A DNA stretch of 64,000 nucleotides from NCBI GenBank assembly GCA_001244265.2, contig CDLV01000009.1, forward strand, positions 1,426,001 to 1,490,000, in the 5' to 3' direction. Positions within the stretch are counted from its first letter, which is position 1. Each line of letters begins with the position of its first letter. The stretch is from Microbotryum violaceum. Lineage: Eukaryota. Of the stretch, positions 58,872-64,000 are shown piece by piece. The translations under genes were made by a program, and so were the position numbers. Below the pieces are notes generated by a model. That model had not been told where the DNA came from, did no database searches, and worked only from the letters and a program-made list of their open reading frames with translations.

Positions 58872-59190
58872 ATGGCCAAGAAATCCACCTTATCACACTC
58901 AGCAAGCGACGACGACAGCAAGAACGACTCTGAGCACTCCGCTCACTCGAACACTTTGCGCAAAAAGAACAAAAGCAACACAGGCAAGGGCAAGAGCAAA
59001 AGCAAGTCGAGAGGGGCCGGGACGCGAGCGGAGAACTGGTCCGTTGCGCAGACCACCTTTTTGGTCCATCTCTATGGCAACAACATGCTGTCGCCCGAGC
59101 CTCCTCTGAAGCTTCCAGCCTGGAACATCATTGTTGCTGCGATGGTGAAGCAACACCCGAGCGCAAAGAGAGCTGTAGCCGACGCCAAGT
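58872..59190 (+). pseudogene. Harbinger Myb/SANT-like DNA-binding protein, truncated
   Basis: Basic NLS-like stretch, then ENWSVAQTTFLVHL...AWNIIVAAM with Trp spacing like Myb/SANT. No complete downstream exons seen. Confidence 0.6.
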
Positions 59191-59319
59191 GAAAGCTCTC
59201 TGGCTCATGGAGCACGCTCCCGTACCTTTGTCCATGGTCGGACCATTGGCATCGCGAGTGTACAAGGTACAAAACCCATGTCCTACAACAGTGACTTGCC
59301 TTTTTTTACCCAGTAGCCA

Positions 59320-60350
59320 TTATTTGAGGTGGTACCGAACGTTTCTGTACGGTGCCATGCACTCCTCGCTGATTGCAAAGCCTGCATCATCAAGAAACCA
59401 CTCTAGTATTTGCCTTCGGGGATGAGGAGGTCCCGTTCGCGGGCCCAATCCCACGCTTGCTGATCGTGAGCAGAACCTTCGCAGCGGGTCTGAAGATAGC
59501 AGGAGCGAAGTTCGAAAGTCATAGCCGCGAGTATGTCTTGTGTCTTGTCTCCTTTTCGATCGATCGATCGTTTGGCATCGTTGGCCGCTGAGTACAGGGA
59601 GCGTGCGTTCCGTCGATGGCGCCGATGCAATCGCCGAAGTATCGTGCAAACCGAGGTTTGTCGGTGATAACGCTCGATGTGGGCGTGTCTGCCGTGGGCT
59701 GAAAAACGTACAGCTTTCTGAGGTCGCTGTGCACAAGTAATCCAAGTGTTTCTGGCAAATGACTGCGACGCAAATAGGAAGGTGCATGAGTACTAGCGCT
59801 CAGGCTTGGAGTTAGGAGGAAAGCTGCGGACCTGTTCTGTCATGAAGTAGGACATGAGAGCAGGAACTATTAACCGAGCGATGGTATCCAACGACCTTTG
59901 AAAAACCTCGTCGATTTTGTGGTAAGACTCAGCGCCCCGCTGCCAGTACAGCAACATAGCAAGTTTCTCCTCGACGGTCACGTGATTCGAGGGGACGATC
60001 TCGGTGTGAAGAAGCACTTTTTTCACGAAGATGGAGAAGCAGGCCGGTATCATGCCAAGAGAATTACTCTTAGGAACAGGTTTCTTGTTGTTGAAGAGCT
60101 CCATAACGAAGATGAGGCCGGTTCGGACCGAAATATGCTGAAGCAAGGGCGGATTTCATCTTCGTTTGGCCGTTTCGTCCAGGAGACGGCGTTGCTGCAG
60201 ACGCCTTTCAATATACTTCTGCAGTATGTATATTCCCGCTGCGATGGCAGAATCTATCTGCTCGTCGGATTGATCCTGGGGAGTGTATCCATGACCTCGA
60301 GATGTCTTCATGCAGCGATGCGCATTGCTGAAGCAAGACACGCATCTCCT
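59320..60350 (-). pseudogene. Harbinger DDE transposase (DDE_Tnp_4-like), disrupted
   Basis: VTVEEKLAMLLY...FQRSLDTI, RYFGDCIGAIDGTH, EGSAHD, FLDDAGF...PYRNVRYHL*. Stops and frameshifts present; C-terminus missing. Confidence 0.85.
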
Positions 60351-60521
60351 CGTGCCGGATGTTGCGATTCGAATTTCGACATGCCGGGTTCAAACACGTG
60401 ACCTGAACTCGTCCGGTGAGCTCTCTCACCCGTCATATATCAGATCGCTCCCGGCCGTTCGCGCCTTGAAAGTGGTTCCTACATGTGAGGTGTTCAGCTG
60501 CTAAAAGTGGACCTTAACCAC

Positions 60522-61110
60522 TTTATTTATTTATTTGATAGACTTCATTAACAGCATAATTATATTAATACCTAGAAATCTTCGGAAAAGTCGGAGGGAA
60601 TGCTGTTACGCACACTGGCAGAAGCCAGTAGTGTAGGACTGATTGACCAATTGAGGCTCGAAGCCCCTCGAACTCCGTTTCGGTGATCGGTTCCAAAAGA
60701 TCCGACGAGAATCGACGACGGCGACAGAGCTTCCAGATCGAGTGAAAGAAAAGGACTCGTAGTTCGACAAGTCGACGTTCCGAGCGAGACACGACCGGGC
60801 ATACAAAGTCCACAAAGACTGGGTGGGGGTCGAGGACAGAGCAGACCAGAGGCGCCGGGCAAATGGGCAGCCGACCGCGAGGTGAACCAGGCACTCGGGT
60901 GCTTCCGAGAGGCACATCACACAGGAGGTAGATCGATTGTTGGGATGTGGGCTGGTTGGGGAGGCGACTTGGCTTCCCGGATGGAGGGACCCCAGGGAGA
61001 GAAGGTGGCCGGTATCCTCGGCGTCCGAGTGAACCCGGCGAACCTTGCGCAAAGCCTTCCACCAAGCATTCCAGCGTTGCTCAGGCAGATCGAATACCTC
61101 GCGCGCCGCT
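60522..61110 (-). mobile_element. 5'-truncated LINE (zf-RVT region, 3'UTR, (TAAA)n tail) nested in the Harbinger element
   Basis: WNAWWKAL...CVMCLSEAPECLVHLAVGCPFARRLW...SIWKLCRRRRF. Tail reads TTTATTTATTTATTT at 60522-60536 on the + strand. Confidence 0.8.
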
Positions 61111-62160
61111 TTCAGCTAAAAGTGAAAAGGTCCTAAAAGTGCTTTTCCAGCCGAACACGCCCTAAAGAGTCATTAGAATCGTGCCCCTGCTCCAGCTGTC
61201 TGCGCGCAATCTCCTCGATCAACCGAGACGAATCTGCAAGTGCTGCCCGAGACCGAAGTTTCCGATGCCAAGGTTTGAACAAGCGGCGGTAGTACCGGGG
61301 TTACCCACCGCTGCGGTACACCTTTCTGGCCCACATGGATCTCACCCCATCCTGTGCACACCATCTACTTGAGCAGAAGCTAAATACCGTGGATGTCAGT
61401 ACTAAGTGCGCCAAATCCGAATTTTGGGCGGGAGCAAGTGTTGCGCATTGATTTCGCTACAGCATGTGCACGTTGCTCATCAGGATGTCACAAGAACATA
61501 CCACCGCTTCGTCCTAGTACAAGCGTTTATTACATAGTCATCTTCACTAGCTCTGGCCTCGCTTGAAGAAAATTCGGACTCGGTCGATGCTTGCTAACAA
61601 GCAACCCAACATTCTATACAGAGACTGCAACCCTATATATACGAAACATTCCTGTCTGTTGAACTACATCTTGATGATCGGTGGAAGCTGTCAACGAACG
61701 AGTTTGTTACTTATTTCTCCTTTTAGAGGTCAAAAACTTGAGTGAACTGATCTGCAACGCACGTTGCGCGCGTACACATGCGCGCGCGAAACTTATGGAT
61801 CCCCCCCCCCCTTAGCCCCTTAGGTTGGCCAAGCGATCCGAGAGCGCCGAACAATTCGGTAATAATCCAACCCGGGGCAGCATGAGAATAACAGGTTCTG
61901 ACCCATGATCAAATCTTGTCTCCCAACTGAGGAAAAATGAAGGTAAGTCCCCAGCGAACCCAAAGTTGAATTTATTCATTAACCCGAGCTTTGCAGTTAC
62001 TTATTAGCTGGGGCGCGAGCGAGTTTCATTTCATGTCGATCCCTCTCACGGCCGGCGCGCCTCCACCCTCCTCCACCCGCATCTCCCGCATCGCCATTTT
62101 GTACGTTGCCTTCCACGCCTCCCTCTCTCAGTCGTCGCAGCCCCGACGACAAAGCGAACG

Positions 62161-64000
62161 ATGGACGTGGCCGTACCTTTGGTCGACACCTTGGCCGCTC
62201 CATTGGCTTTGGCGCCTTCCTTATTGAACACGACCGCTTTGGTCGCTTTGAAAGAAGGTCAGTCGTCCATGACCCATCCAAGGCGGATTCGCGTTGTCGT
62301 TCCCGATCGGGCTCGAGGCTCGGCCAGGAGGAGGGGAGGGGAGGGGCTAAAGGGGGGTAAAGGGGGGTTGGGTTGTTACATGAGAGGGAGAAGGGGCAGA
62401 TTTGCTGACGAGCATCCATTCATGTTTTAAAAAGAAATCAACCCGGAGACATGTGAATTGTTGGGGCCGTTCGCTTTGGTTGTTCAGGTGAGTGGGGGTG
62501 GCAAGTGTTTGTAGAAGGCGAGGGGAAGGGATGACGACGGATGATGTGAACACCGCCGGCGACGCACGGCGTTAGCCCGCTTGACGCCAAAAGAGAGGGG
62601 CCAGGGGACACGGATTGGAGATAAGACTGACTCTATTGAATTCCATCCGTTCACGTCCCACAGGCCATCATGGGCGTCGTCGTGGTCGGGTCGTTGTTGC
62701 TCAAGCGAGCGCACGAGAAGCCACGACGAAGGTGGAAGGTCTGGCTCGGCGACGTCGGCAAGCAGATCGTAGGACAGGCGTTTGTGCATTCGTCCAATGT
62801 CGCTATAAGCGGTCAGTACATTCTACAACGGCGGAACCGGGGGAGGGATTGGAATTCCTCCGCTGACTCGACAACTCTGGCGGATCCGCGCTCAGACTTG
62901 ATCGCTCGCCACAAACTCGACAACCCTTGTTCGCTCTACGCGCTCAACATCTTTATCGACACGACCTTGGGCGTCTTGATCGTCTATAGCTTCCTGAGGA
63001 TCTCGACCCATATCCTCAAGCAGTATTCACCGACGTACAAGACGGGCTATTACGGGAACCCATTCCAATTCACGTTTTGGGCTCGGCAGGTTAGTCCCAG
63101 AGCCCAGCCCAGCCGAAGGGACGTCATAGTGGCTGATGATGAATCGGGTTATGGGTCGCCCAGGCCGCCGTCTACGTCGGTTGCCTCACAGCGATGAAGA
63201 TCGTCGTGCTCCTTCTCTTTTGGGCTTTCCCGACCCTCTTTGTCTTCGCCAATTGGTGCCTCTCCTGGCTCGAATCCGACGAAGCCCAAGTCATCGCCGT
63301 CATGCTCATCCTTCCCATCATCATGAACCTCTTTCAATTTCTGATCACGGATTCAATTTTGAGGAGTAAGGAACTGCCTTTGGCTACTGGTGGTGGCGGT
63401 GGGGAAGGACACGAAGGAAACGGGGAGGATGAGGAGAGGGGTTTCTTGGAGGATCATGACGGGGATCGTGACGAGGAGGAAGAGGACGCCAAGCATCTTG
63501 CGGCGAGAGGGATACTCCATGCCGCGGGTGCATGCGATAGTGGCTATGATACGGTCACGACTTTGACGTCCTCGATGGGGAAGACTTCACCGCCCCTCGG
63601 ACTACAAACCGACGGATTAGGTCGGAATCAGAGAGGATCTTTCGTAGGCGGCAACTCTACTTCGCCTCATCAACAATTTGGATCGGGGTTGGAAAGGAGG
63701 CTCAGTCCTTCGATCGCTTATCCACCTTCGATGACGTCGTCGGCCAAGAGGATTGTGGTACCGGTGAGGATCGAAACGAACAGTCAAGGTGTTTCGCCGA
63801 TAGCGAGGTCGGGGACGCCGGCGAGTTATTTGATACCCCCTACGACGACGGCAGTGGGGATGGAGAAGCCGAAGGAAGAGGAAGAGGATGATTGGGGGGA
63901 CAACTTTTCCATTTCTAGCGAGGAGGGCGAATTGGGTGGGAACGCGAAGACGGAGAAGGAGGGTCAGAATCAGAATCAGGACCAGGAACTTGGTCGAGGA
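62161..64000 (+). CDS. STIMATE/TMEM110/YPL162C-like membrane protein (partial, runs off the window end)
   Basis: CELLGPFALVVQAIMGVVVVGSLLLKRAHEKPRRRWKVWLGDVGKQIVG...HSSN...NPCSLYALNIFIDTTLG...GYYGNP...QVIAVMLILPIIMNLFQFLITDSILR. Confidence 0.85.

Larger units (their letters stand above)
58490..61162. mobile_element. PIF/Harbinger DNA transposon, internally deleted
   Basis: TIRs G(T/G)GCGTGTTCGGCTG; TAA TSDs at 58487-58489 and 61163-61165; AAAAGTG subterminal repeats; convergent Myb/SANT-like and DDE transposase remnants. Confidence 0.92.

Noticed and set aside
61750-61830. Short palindromes and a C-run (TGCAACGCACGTTGCG, CGCGCG)
   Set aside because: Short GC-rich self-complementarity expected by chance; no supporting context.

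Overview
Fungal genomic DNA: GC-rich, with short GT-AG introns and basidiomycete-like genes. It is probably a Pucciniomycotina/Microbotryomycetes yeast or smut, though that assignment is inference. Host genes: SNF7 (partial), tRNA-Leu(CAG), pirin (two copies), a small membrane-protein ORF, VPS41, PUT2, a POF1-like NMN adenylyltransferase, a secreted Trp/Pro/Cys-repeat mucin-like protein, BTN1/CLN3, COQ7, a GH3 beta-glucosidase and a STIMATE/YPL162C-like membrane protein (partial). About half the window is mobile DNA. (1) A same-orientation stack of L1-clade non-LTR retroelements starts about 85-95 bp upstream of the tRNA gene. (2) An ~18 kb palindromic block has two near-identical 5.85 kb inverted arms, each carrying a pirin gene, enclosing a Helitron Rep-helicase gene. 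(3) A ~9.3 kb Kyakuja-Dileera-Zisupton (KDZ) transposon carries an accessory gene. (4) A PIF/Harbinger element with TAA TSDs contains a nested LINE fragment. There are also hAT, MITE and possible Copia remnants. Many 1-bp homopolymer frameshifts and a 35-nt poly-G run suggest consensus or assembly errors, so pseudogene calls are provisional. All calls come from reading by eye; no searches were run.
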